From positions 124,001 through 188,000 of the forward strand of contig MCFE01000006.1 of the NCBI GenBank assembly GCA_002104905.1: a stretch of 64,000 nucleotides of DNA, read 5' to 3'. A model generated the notes under the pieces. That model worked only from the letters and a program-made list of their open reading frames with translations, made no database searches and was not told the DNA's origin. Source of the stretch: Basidiobolus meristosporus CBS 931.73 (lineage: Eukaryota; Fungi; Basidiobolomycota). A program made the position numbers and the translations under genes. Of this stretch, positions 12,701 through 27,457 are shown one piece after another (the stretch's first letter is position 1; every line of letters begins with the position of its first letter).

Positions 12701-14740
12701 TCCAAGACTTCACTGCATAGTGGTTTCGAAAGTACGAGGGTTTCGGAGGATATGCCAGAACCTAGGTAACAGTAAATGTGCTTATCTGCGAGAGACTCAT
12801 CTTAGTAACATCTTCTCAGTATCATACCTACTATTCGTTCGTATTTACCAACCGGAGTGTCCCAATTTTTGAGGAAAGACTACTTCGCATTACCCAAGTC
12901 CGACATTCTATGATAAGAATTTTTCATGTTTGCGGCAAATTAATATTGCATTCGTAGTCGCTCTTTTTCCATGCCTGAAGCAGCCAAACGAAACCAGCAG
13001 AGGTATTGATTTTGGGGACAGACAACAACTTGGATTAACTCAACTAATTGGATTTGGGCCTAGAAACGGGGATGTATCTACGGATAGAAGCTTCTCATTA
13101 CCCAATGTGACTTGTTATACTACTGAGCTGAGCTCGAGCACTTCCCATTAACCTGTGACGTTTCTCTAGCCACACTACGATTCCAGAAAATCGTCAGCCA
13201 CATTTCCTGGTCATCACAGTCCACACGTAAGCTATCTCAAAAAGTAACCATTGACACGTTCGAAGGATTCACCTGTGGCTAATCATTGCAGTCGTTATAC
13301 AATGAAAGCCACTCTAGCCCCACCCATCTTAGGAGTGTGTCTCAATCAATGTGTAAAGTAGAACTTATACTACGTTTGTGAAAGAACGGCTCATTTAAAT
13401 CTATGCTTGATAGATATGTCCTCTCGAGAAAGACGTCCAACCCAAGAACGAGGCCATGATCTCAGAGCAAGCTTGCCCAATGTGTTGGAGACAAAGGTAT
13501 CAAGGATGTAGGAGATGTGGTGAACAGGATACTTACATCATTCAAATCATTTACAGGGTGGGACTATCATCCGACACGATTTGGGAAATAGTAAGTCCAT
13601 GATCACGAATGCTGTAAGCCAGCTGAACTCACCAGTCAAATCGCTTTTAGGTGGGATTATTGAAGTAATTTGATCATATACATGCCCTCGATGGGAAAAT
13701 CGTTGTCAGCATATTCTGAAAGAGCTCTACAATGTAGGATCAGATAGGCCCTGGTTATCACACATATCAAAGTGGAGCTTTAACGGTCCATCTTCGTAAA
13801 ACCCACCAGGTAAAGAGCGCATCCCCCTATTTCTGACAGTAGTGACTGAACGCGACGTATTTGGAAATCCCCCTAGCCGGATTTGGTTACGATTGAATTG
13901 ACACTACAAAATGTCTCCGAGATTGATATCGTCAAATTCCAAGGAAAAGCCGAATACGAATCTGAGCAATTATCGGTATTCCCCTCCACATTAAATCCCA
14001 CCTTCCAACCAAGTGTCGATAACCAAGAATGAATCGCAACAGAGCCAGTGGGAGATCCGTTCTGATGTGGACGAATCCGAAATCACAAGTGGACCAGAAG
14101 TAGAAATCCCTCTTATCAAAAGCTTCGGAACAGTAATGATCAGCTAGATGCAGATGAGGGACATGATCCACTTTTAACGTTTACTTCTGTAGGTCTCGCT
14201 TCATCTAGGAATATCCATCTCTTCCGAGATCGACTTCAGCCCTATATCTGTCGAGTTGATCGCCACCTACTTGGAACAGACCGGAGCCACCCACGTGTTT
14301 CAAACCGAGTGTGACTTGCTTGTGACCGATTTCCTTCGCCCTTGGAAGATCACCCTTAAAGAATTCAACTCCCACTGGGATGAGAACAATGCCGAGGTCA
14401 AGAAGCACCTACCTTTCGACAAGTCTACCACGTTCCAGGAGATTGCTCAGAAGATGGCGAACTTTGACGGGACCCAGAGCAGCGATAGAAGGCTGCACTT
14501 GATTGAGATCACAGGTAAGCACGAGGTCGCGCTTCGAACCAACTGCCACTCAACACCGAACAATTTGTAGATGAGCGAGTCAGTGTGGCTGGACAAACCA
14601 TCAACCAAAGGCATTACTGTCTAATCCGATTCCAGAGAACGAGCTACCTCCCAGAGCATCTAATCGAGATGCGAGTTCGCTCAAGCAGGCCTACGCTGGC
14701 AAAACTGGTGGCCCGAGATTGCAAACCTCTACTCTCTTAG
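9707..14740 (+). CDS. AP4E1: AP-4 adaptor complex subunit epsilon (about 20 introns)
   Basis: N-terminal adaptin trunk: STEFFEFLRCL, LLYCEMLGYKVEFGYIHAIIL, EKRIGYLVSSLLL, VRKKAVTVIHR, DYHGITAPWIQIKCLRIL. C-terminal appendage platform: DFLRPWKITLKEFNSHW...LHLIEIT...IEMRVRSSRPTLAKLVARDC, stop TAG 14738-14740. These match the AP-4 epsilon pattern as recalled. Some internal exon boundaries are approximate. Confidence 0.87.
11526..11597 (+). other. U12-type (minor spliceosome) intron with AT-AA termini in the AP-4 epsilon gene
   Basis: 5' end ATATCCTT (11526-11533), branch site TCCTTAAC (11580-11587), 3' end ...TGTGTAA. Removing it skips an in-frame TGA and gives GEK-HGMDKFWYIDTL. No GT-AG alternative I tested restores the frame. 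Confidence 0.85.
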
Positions 14741-15319
14741 ATTCCCTGCAAATTCTATATACCACCAATCAATCCGTCTTCCAAATAAAATCCACCAATC
14801 CCATGAAACCGTCCATACCTTCCCTCCGCCGCTGGCTAGCCGATTAATATGACGAAGTTGGGATCCAACGTTGGTTTCCTCGGAATACTTTTATTGAACA
14901 GTCTAAGCAATTCATGGAGGAGTGGAATCAGGCTCGGTGTGATGGGAAATTTCTTGTATCTACATTATATAGTTTAGAATCCCCACTAAAATATATAGAA
15001 CGGAGTTGTGGAACGGTTGGCAGCAACTTGGCGACCCGATGTTCGCTATGACGGATGCTGAGTGAAAAATACATGTAGAGGTTGTAGATAGGTACAAGAA
15101 ATGTGAACAAAATGATTGAAAGGATTAAATGTAGTAGTTGGATCAAAAATGTAAGAATCCCTGTGCCCAGGAACAGGGCGAATGTGGGTCTGGCTCATAC
15201 TATTGGGTGCAAGCATTTGCTCATAATCCCCCTGATGTCACACATAATCAATATGTTGCAATGGAGACGGCTGGATCATCGTGAGTAATCTCCACATTGA
15301 ACGTAGCAAATGCATGGCC

Positions 15320-16660
15320 TTACGTTTCCCCCGTCAAAGCGCCAATCAACTCCGCGGTTGTCAGGCCAGCCGCTTTGTAGTCGCTGTCATCTGCGCTTAC
15401 AGATACTAGCCCTTCCGCGCCTTGATGATGTAGAAGCAAATCAGCCAGGTCCGGGGTATTATTAGCGTTTGTGTGCTCTTCTTGGGGAACGAGCTTATTA
15501 AATAAGGTAGCCTTTCCCCTTCTCGGTTTAAAGTCCGTGAACTTCGATCGGTAGTTGTCAACAGCCCTTTGGAGCAATGATTTGCGCCCGGCAAGACGGA
15601 CTGGATTCAGCCAGGCAAGCTTCCAAGCCAGCTGGTTACATGCCGACTCGTACTCCCATCTGTTCCCTGCGTATTCTTCTTGCTTCACAAATGCCCTTGG
15701 ATATACACAATTTTCTTTTTTGAAAAGCTCGTCGATCTGGTTTAGATTCACCTCCTCAATATCTACACGTATTCTAACTTTCATCGGGATTCCCTTCGAC
15801 ATGATATCAAGGGTGAGATTCTTCGGACCTCGATTTCGTTTCGGATCGGGTAACTCCTCACTATCTCGAGCAGATCGTTTACGCAGCGTGCCGTTCATCA
15901 GCTTCTCTTGTCTGACCACACGTCTAGAACGAAGCTCCGGATACCGGTTCCGATAGGAATCGACAGCACGTTGCAATAGCCCACGCTTCCCACAGATCAC
16001 ATCAGGGTTTAGGTAAGATAGTTTCCAGCCAAGCATATTGCACTCGGTTTCGTAGGCCCAGCGGTTCCCTTGGTATTTGTCTTCAGAGCAGAATGCTCTT
16101 GGGTAGAGGCAGTTATCGTGCTTGAATTGGTTGTCAATCTCGTCCAAGGAGATATTGTCGATATCAGTGCGGATTTGGTATTCCTTATTCGTACCTTTCA
16201 CAGAGTACGTAAAGGTGACCCACTCCACCCCCTCTCTCATCTCCGTGATGGGTGAGGTGGCTGGGAGAGCATGATTCGGTGCGGGATTGGTGAGCACACA
16301 GGGATTATGCGTAGAGCTACCGGGGGATGCTTGTTCGCTTGAGCTTACGGAGCCCGTAAGGTTGGCGACACCGGTTAACGCGGAGCCATCATGAGAAAGA
16401 AGCGAGTCAAGTGCAGGTGAAGGGGTACTCAGATTGCTACCGATGTGTTGTTTGGTGACAAACGTTTCACGTCGCTTATTTTCATTAGCTTTTTTACGTT
16501 TGATTCTTTGCACAGTTTTTTCAATTCTAAGTAACTGCTCTCCCGAGAGAGTTGCCAACAACTGTTCAGTTGTTGAGTCGGGCTCTATAAGAGAGGCAAG
16601 AGAGATAGGTGGTATGGAAGGTGGATAAGCTGGTGGAGTATTAGCCGGGTGACTTTCCAT
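15320..16660 (-). CDS. Uncharacterised fungal protein with two tandem copies of a conserved domain (resembles DUF8032, name from memory)
   Basis: Intronless ORF, ATG at 16660 (MESHPANTPP). Repeat 1: NCLYPRA...YQGNRWAYETECNMLGWKLSYLNP...GKRGLLQRAVDSYRN. Repeat 2: NCVYPRA...YAGNRWEYESACNQLAWKLAWLNP...GRKSLLQRAVDNYRS. Confidence 0.8.
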   Translation of the reverse strand: MESHPANTPPAYPPSIPPISLASLIEPDSTTEQLLATLSGEQLLRIEKTVQRIKRKKANENKRRETFVTKQHIGSNLSTPSPALDSLLSHDGSALTGVANLTGSVSSSEQASPGSSTHNPCVLTNPAPNHALPATSPITEMREGVEWVTFTYSVKGTNKEYQIRTDIDNISLDEIDNQFKHDNCLYPRAFCSEDKYQGNRWAYETECNMLGWKLSYLNPDVICGKRGLLQRAVDSYRNRYPELRSRRVVRQEKLMNGTLRKRSARDSEELPDPKRNRGPKNLTLDIMSKGIPMKVRIRVDIEEVNLNQIDELFKKENCVYPRAFVKQEEYAGNRWEYESACNQLAWKLAWLNPVRLAGRKSLLQRAVDNYRSKFTDFKPRRGKATLFNKLVPQEEHTNANNTPDLADLLLHHQGAEGLVSVSADDSDYKAAGLTTAELIGALTGET

Positions 16661-17995
16661 CTTATACACACCTCAGTAAATATATGGTTTATACTAGGTT
16701 TACCAGTTACGAGTCAAACAAACAGAACGACAGGGGTTTCTTTAGGGGCCTTGTATTGCTAAACTAGGAACGGTCGTTAGGTTAACTACTAGGGTTCGTA
16801 GGGGTATTTCTTTTGGTTAGAAAGTTGAACCCCGGTTGGTAAATAAAGTTAATTTGCCCACGTACTTACTTCTGAATACAGGGGAGGTAAGCTTCTTACT
16901 TTTGAACAATAAACTTGGGTGAGGGTTCGGTTAAAGGACGACCAGGATTGCGCATGGGTTCCTGAAAATATATCCCTCCCTTCATTTCGATCCTTTTTTT
17001 TCATTGTGATCACCAGTGAAGTTAGATCTCCTACCCTTAACACGTGATATTGTGACAATGAATGGTGGAGATACCAGCGGCGGAGAGGATTAATTGCGAA
17101 TGGAATCGTTCCATTCATGAGCCAATGGGCGTATGTGTGGAGTCCCTTGAAAGAAGCAAGAAGTGGTACATGATAAGATCTGGATATGTGTAGGATCCAA
17201 TTTTCCAGTATCTACATATCATGCTTAGTTTCAAGTAAATTCGATGAATGTCGCTCCACAAGTCATAGGAGATACAGGGCCATTGAAATGGGGGGGAGGA
17301 GGGGGTTGGCTCTGATGTACTGGAGAGCAGTGTTATTCGTAGGTGATGAATGCCGGAACATACAGTAACTTCATTTTGGCCAGTACCTCTTTTAGAGAGC
17401 TACGGAGCTAAAGCTACAGTCTCTTTCTTTTGGGTGCTCATCTTTATTAATAGTATGTACCAAGAAGTAAATGGAAGATTGACCGAGTATTACACTTGAT
17501 ACTTGTTACTTACTTGAAATGACGGGTCAAGCCGAAACGTGATAAAAGGATAAACTAGAACTAAGAAGTAATTGAAAAGATATTCTATCTATGCACATAG
17601 AGCATGGGGAAACAGTTGGAAGAAAAGCTAACTAAAACAAGGACGGTGAACGTTTTTAAGTTTTTTTGTTTTGTACAATCTGAAGTAAAACAAATATGAA
17701 GTTAAGGACCCGAGAGAAAATATTGGGGAGGGCATCAAACGGTGTTGTTGAAATAAAGGAAATTGAAGATGACTGCTTGGCCAAAATTTCAACGACAGTC
17801 AAGTATGAACAGCACATACGATGAAGCTGAGATAGGCAACCAAAAAATCTTCACCCTTAGCTTCTAAACAGGGAGAAAGGGAATGTCATAAAATTCGGAA
17901 TGGTGAATGTAAAACAAAGGCTAATAGAGAGAAAATATTAACTCACGAATCAGTGGAGATTTCTTTACCCTTTGATCTGAGCCGGAATGGTAAGT

Positions 17996-20973
<2,978 letters not shown>

Positions 20974-21907
20974 GGTAAAGTCAAGGTAGATCTGATAAAG
21001 GTTTCAAAGTAAGATTGCAATAGAGTGAGATATACGTACGTTTGATCATTCATGTTTACTAGGTAGGTAACAATTAAGTTCTGGTTGGTACCGAACTTTT
21101 ATTAGGATTAAAAGATTTGGTGGAATCTAATAAAGTAAGTGATGAATCCGATATGAAGATACAAGACTTTACAAACTAGGGAAATAGCTGATATGAGGTT
21201 GGTTTTATGATAGGACTTGGTTGAGTTCGCGTACCTCAAGTTTGTGTTAAAGAGAAAAAGACAGGGCCAGTTTGAAAATTATCATCATCAGGGAGCAGTT
21301 ACATAAAGTGTATACGTTCGATTTTAATTAGGTATTCCAATGATAATGATCCGCTGACGAAACAACCGTAATTTTTATTTCCTCCCATTGGTCGACATCA
21401 CAAGACTACCGGATCACGATATTTCAATTACCTAAATTGACAATCGCTACAATCATGTTACATCTAGCAAAACATGATCTCTTTCAAAATGTAAATCACA
21501 AGTATTTAATGATTCCACGCAATTTATCCTGCCCATTAAGGAGCTCTACAACAAGCACAAGCCATTGAACAAAGTCACCTCAACAGAATCAATCAGACCA
21601 AAGATGTAACCCAAAACGCAGCTCGGTAAGCGCTCAGCTCAACAACCATGTCAAGGGATTTACAGTGTAGTGCACTGAATCTTCAAGTGGTATTTGTAGT
21701 AGCATTAGACCCATCAGCACATCACATCACACCAATTTCCATACTAGAATGTGATGAATAGAGCGGCCCGCAGCTATTCCGAAATTATATATTCTGGGTT
21801 ACTGAGGAGCCTTTTTTTTCTTTTTTTTTGAATAGCAGATAGCAAAATTTCATTTAGCTTTAGAAAGCGCTTAGTTAGCTATTTGTTACACACTTGGATA
21901 GACCATA

Positions 21908-22729
21908 ATGAGCTCAGGTGTTCAGCGCGGCGGTCCTAACAAGAGAAGGGGCTCTAGAGGCGGCTTCAAAGCCATCGGTAGTCGTGGGAGAGAGCGTGGT
22001 GCTGTTTACACTAACAAAGGTGAATATCATCGAGATTGAGTCTACCCCAATATAACAGTACTGACCATCTGGAATTACACAGTGACAAAAATCAAACAGA
22101 AGTTGATTCATAATGCCAAGGTAAAAAAGGAGTTTTACAAAGCCATCAAGAACGAAACCGACCTCCTAGAAACCCCCGAGCATCTTAAAAGTGTACGTTT
22201 TTTGGTATTGTTTGAATCCAACATGCAGCTAATTTCGTGCGATTCAGATTTTTGAGGAGGATGCTCCTGAGGCTGAAGCACACGAAGAACACAAGGAGGG
22301 CTCTTCTGACGAAAATGCCACCGAAATTCCCAGTAAGGCAAAGCAAAAGCAGCCTCAAGCACAAAAAAAGTATTTGCAGATCTGATTGATATCTTTTGGC
22401 CCAAATTCTCACGCTTTGTCACCATCAAGTCCCTCTAAGCCCAATCCTTACAAGCGCGCGATGGCCGAGGTGGAGCGCCAAGAACGTGAGCGCCAGGCGA
22501 TTATCGATGTAAGTCCCTCTGGAGAATCTTAATGCATCCAGTACCTTACAAGCTCAACTCTATTTAGGCTGAGCGCAAAGAGCGTGAAGATGCTCAGAAA
22601 AATCGTGTGGCGTACTACAAGAAGCGTCATAATCTCAAAAAGAAGTACACAGAGAAGAACGCCCGTGGGCAACCTGTTATGCGAGGCCAGATAAATCACC
22701 TGCTAGACAAAATCAAAAAGATGAATTAA
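21908..22729 (+). CDS. Fyv7/TAP26 (CCDC59)-like rRNA-processing protein
   Basis: Spliced product MSSGVQRGGPNKRRG...KIKQKLIHNAKVKKEFYK...KPNPYKRA...KKYTEKNARGQPVMRGQINHLLDKI. The GQPVM...LLDKI end is typical of this family. Four GT-AG introns. Confidence 0.75.
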
Positions 22730-23381
22730 AGCGGAAACGTTGGGCTCTTGTTTATTCTTTGTGTGTACTATACATAATATCTATTTAATAAAGGACTCTC
22801 CTTAATACATGGTTACCCGTCACCTGCGAAATCGGTTCCCAACCCATTCCAATCCAGGGGCAAGTACAGCACTGAAAAGATACATGTGATGGATCTGACC
22901 ATATAGCAACTTTCCTGTAAAATGTCACAAGACTATCTGTGTGAAGTACCGAATGGGTATAGCTAACATCCAGCACTCAGCTACATGCATAATTCGAGTT
23001 ACCAGGATGTTTTAGAAGGCTGAGTTTCGGGTGACAACTTAATTTTCCCAATTGGTAGCTGATGTAACATGAGTATGGGGTTCGGTTAAAGAAGCTCGCA
23101 GTGATAGGTTAGACCGTGGCAGACAGTCCGGTACTGATTTCTGACTCCTTGTTGATGATAGGGGAAATTAATGTGTAATAATTGGGTACATCCAATTGGT
23201 CAATATGGATTACGTTTCTTACGGCTGTCTCCACTCTATACTACAAGTCTGTAGCTGGCAGTACATCATCGACGAAGTACTACTTCCAATGGTTGGGGTG
23301 GTGTGTTTCAATGGTCGATTGCTATAAATCGTAGCGTCTGTCTCCGTTGGAGTTGCTATCCTCCGGTCTTGTAAGCAAACC

Positions 23382-24334
23382 ATGGCTGAAATTAAGAATC
23401 GTATCCTTGGGGCACCAAACACCCTGGAGCACCGTGTCTACTTTGGTAAGTTCGGGATGTGAGCAACATGCCATCGGCTTCCCGTATCTAACATTGGTCT
23501 GAAATAGAGAAGGATGACAAGATCATTTCTCCGTTCCACGATATTCCTCTCTTTGCGAACGATACCAAGAATGTTTACAACATGGTTGTCGAGATCCCTC
23601 GCTGGACCAATGCCAAGCTGGAAATTGCAACTGGCGAGCCCTTCAACGGAATCAAGCAAGATGTCAAGAAAGGAAAGTTGAGATATGTTCGTAACTGCTT
23701 CCCTCATCACGGTTACATCTGGAACTATGGTGCATTCCCTCAGACTTGGGAGGATCCTACCCATTCTCACCCCGAGACTAAGGCTCGTGGTGACAATGAT
23801 CCTATCGATGTTCTTGAGATTGGTGAGCAAGTTGGTTTTACTGGCCAAGTAAAGCAGGTCAAGATCCTCGGTGTTATGGCCCTGCTTGATGAGGGTGAAA
23901 CTGATTGGAAAGTGATCGCCATTGATATCAATGACCCTTTGGCTAATAAACTCAATGATATCGAAGATGTTGAGAAGCACCTCCCCGGTTTGACTCGTGC
24001 TACAAACGAATGGTTCCGTATTTATAAGATTCCTGATGGCAAGCCTGAAAATCAATTTGCCTTCTCCGGCAAACCCAAGAACAAGAAATATGCCACGGAC
24101 GTTGTTCTGGAAACTCACGAGGCATGGAAGCGTTTGATTACCGGTGCTATCCCTCCCAAGGGTGAGCTTTATGACTTGGCTCTTCAAAATACCACTGTCG
24201 AGGGATCCCCTTACAAGGTCACTGTCGACGACGATTCATACAAGAGCATTCCCGCTGACTCTCGTAAGGCACCTGCCCCTATCGATTCTTCTATCGATAA
24301 ATGGTTCTACATCTCTGGTGCCTCCATTGTTTAA
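23382..24334 (+). CDS. IPP1: Inorganic pyrophosphatase (family I)
   Basis: [57 protein letters not shown] and IDKWFY motifs. One intron after exon 1 ([21 protein letters not shown]). Confidence 0.96.
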
Positions 24335-25297
24335 CCAGGTAGCACCAACCAAACTGTAATTTATGTCAAAAGGGAAATAAAACTGTCTTTTGTTGCCTGT
24401 AGCGCGATACGAAAATGGTCAATTTGATAGTTAGAGTTAAGCCACCTTCTACGATTGGCACATAACCTCAGTCACTGCGGGCATGATGATTGGGTTATGG
24501 ATAGTATGGAATCGACATGTAATTCGGGACTTTACCTACACCGCTTTTCCTCAGGAAATCCACCCAGGGCACGCTGTGTGCTTGTATATATATTAAGCTG
24601 GAGATGTACTAATACCTTTTGTAGTAAGATAGAGTATAATGACCAGCGTTCGCCATTCGAAACTCCGTCTACGTTCGTTCTTTCCAGTAGTTCCAAATAT
24701 CACCTACAAGCTCGTTTCCCAGTATCGTGCAGTAATTTACGGGCCTGCCATCGGTGTAGAAGTTAAAACGCTATAGCATATGGTTGGTGGTAGGTGAAAT
24801 CTACCAGGGCAGACGTATATAGATATCGAAAAGTTCGGTGTAGAATAGGCATCCATGTTGGTCTTCAACTATCACGAAAGCCTACGGCTCGCCTAAATTT
24901 AGCCATTGTCTATACATCTATATGCCAGGCCGCAACTTGTGATGTTGATGAGAGAAACCTGTTCTGATTCAGGTTTCCTATTTCAATTGAGCCTAATATT
25001 AAAATTGTGTGTTGCTGTGGACTCTGGAGAACTCCGCTTAAGGCTTCCTAGATCCACAATTCATGAATCGACTAATTAGCAATCGCAGAGAGGAATCAAG
25101 CATTCCGCCGAGGATCCATCCTTACCATATTAATCAAAATAACCCAATATACTCCTTGAGTCATTCAACATCATTCCATCATCATTGTCTATCTATCAAG
25201 AATCAAGCTGGCCCATTACCCTCGACTGACTACATTAACTCGACATTTCCCTCTCCATTTCTTAGTTTTTCACAGTGAGTGCTAGTGCCCTAATAAT

Positions 25298-26974
25298 ATG
25301 CAGGTACTCTAGTATAACTTGCGGTATCTACACAACAACCGAAGATATTAACCTTTACAAAAACAACGTCTAGCTTGATATCACACCTGCCTACGAAGAG
25401 GTAAAAGAGTTAATTTCCTCGGGAAAAGGAAACACTGTGCCTATATATCACGCACTGTCGGCCGATTTGTCCACCCCAGTTTCCACTTATTTGAAGCTGA
25501 GAAAGGATGGCGTCCACTCATTTTTGTTAGAGTCGGTTACCGGCGGAGAGAAAATCGGGCGGTACTCCTTTATTAGTTTTGGTGAGTACTGCATTTCAGC
25601 TTAGGAAAAGCCTTCGCTTTGCTAAGATGTTTATTTGAAGACGCTCAGAAGGTTATCAAAACCGGCGATAACGAGAATATCCAAGGAGACCCCTTGGTTG
25701 CTGTTGAGCACGAGCTCAAAGACGTCAAATTCGTCCCTGTACCTGGGCTCCCTTCTTTCACAGGTAACTCGGCTAACGTGGCACACTGATATTTGCGGTT
25801 ACTGATGGTTGACATATTAGGTGGCGCCATCGGATACATCTCATACGACTGCATAAAGTATTTCGAGCCCCGCACGGCCAGAGACATGGAGGACACACTT
25901 GGAATCCCCGAGAGCATCTTCCTGTTCTGCGATACAATGATTATTTTCGATCATCTTCACCATTTAATCAAGATCGTTAGTCATATCAAGTGTGACCCTG
26001 ATCATCTCGATTCGTTAGAAAGCAAATATAGCAAGGCTAGCGCCGAGATTATGGAGGTTGTGAAGCGATTAAATGAGGACAACATCCCGTTGCCCGAGCA
26101 GCCACCAATCAAATTGGGACAGGATTATACCTCGAATGTTGGTCAAGAGGGATATGAATATTTTGTAAAAAACCTGAAGGAGCACATCGTCAAGGGCGAT
26201 ATCATCCAAGCGGTACCGTCGCAAAGGCTGGCTCGCCCCACTTCTCTACACCCATTCAATGCATATAGACATCTTCGCACTGTTAATCCGGCACCTTACA
26301 TGTTTTACTTCGACTTCCACGATTTCCACGTGGTTGGTGCCTCTCCGGAGATGCTCGTCAAGGTTGAAAATAACATCGTTTATACTCATCCCATTGCCGG
26401 CACTCGTAAGCGTGGAAAGACTCCGGAGGAGGATGACGCTTTGGCTGCTGACCTTCTAGCAGATGAGAAGGAGGTTGCTGAGCATGTCATGCTTGTTGAT
26501 CTTGGTCGTAATGATGTCAACAGAGTGTGCCGCCCAGAGACTGTGAAAGTAGACTCGCTGATGCATATCGAGCGCTACAGCCATGTAATGCACATTGTTA
26601 GTAATGTCAGTGGTGAGCTTCGTGAAGATCAAACACCATTTGACGCATTTAGATCCATTTTCCCAGCTGGTACTGTTTCAGGTGCACCAAAAATCCGTGC
26701 GATTGAGTTGGTCAACGAGTTGGAGAAGGAGAAGCGCGGTATTTACGCCGGTGCCGTAGGCCACTTCAATTACTCTGGAGATTTGGATACGTGCATTTCC
26801 ATTCGCACCATGGTGTTCAAGGATGGTGTAGCCTATTTGCAAGCAGGAGCAGGGATTGTCTACGATTCCGTGCCCGAGAAGGAGTATGAGGAAACAATGA
26901 ACAAATTGATGTCCAACATGACTGCGATTACTCAAGCCGAGAAACATCATTATAATTTACAACAGCAAGCCTAA
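25298..26974 (+). CDS. TRP2: Anthranilate synthase component I
   Basis: [74 protein letters not shown] and [11 protein letters not shown] motifs. Three 5' introns. Confidence 0.95.
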
Positions 26975-27457
26975 GAGGTTGAGGGTTTCTTCTCGTGGTT
27001 GTGCTAAACAGTATCTGCGATTAATGATCATTAGACCACAATTAAATAAAATACTACACTCTTGGAATGACCCATACGCATTGGATATTATTCACTACTG
27101 GCTTGACCATAGCGACGGAGGCCAAATTAATGAATAAGAAATCATCAATCTGCACGAGTAGGCCCCTCTGTGACAATTGATTTGAATGGATGACCTAGAA
27201 TCTTACTAAAACCCCTCTCTGGGTAATTAATTCATCTGCCTGTCCGAGTGTCTAAGTAGAATACTGAATGTAATAAGTTATATCAACAACCCAGAACTTT
27301 AGGCTATATTCTGACAATTAAACCCAAAAATGTGTGAATCTATTACGGAAGTGCCTTCCCCTATAAATAGTAATATCCCTATTGGGCTTACGAACGGTCT
27401 GTTTATATACCCTAGCTGGCTCGTTAGTTCAGTAAGTGAAGCAATTACTTTAGAAAT

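Noticed and set aside
13651-13673. Apparent stop codons that would end the AP-4 epsilon gene near 13670
   Set aside because: They fall inside a GTAATT...TGTAG intron; downstream exons encode the appendage domain up to 14740.
23438-24187. 249-aa minus-strand ORF
   Set aside because: Antisense shadow of the highly conserved IPP1 coding exon.
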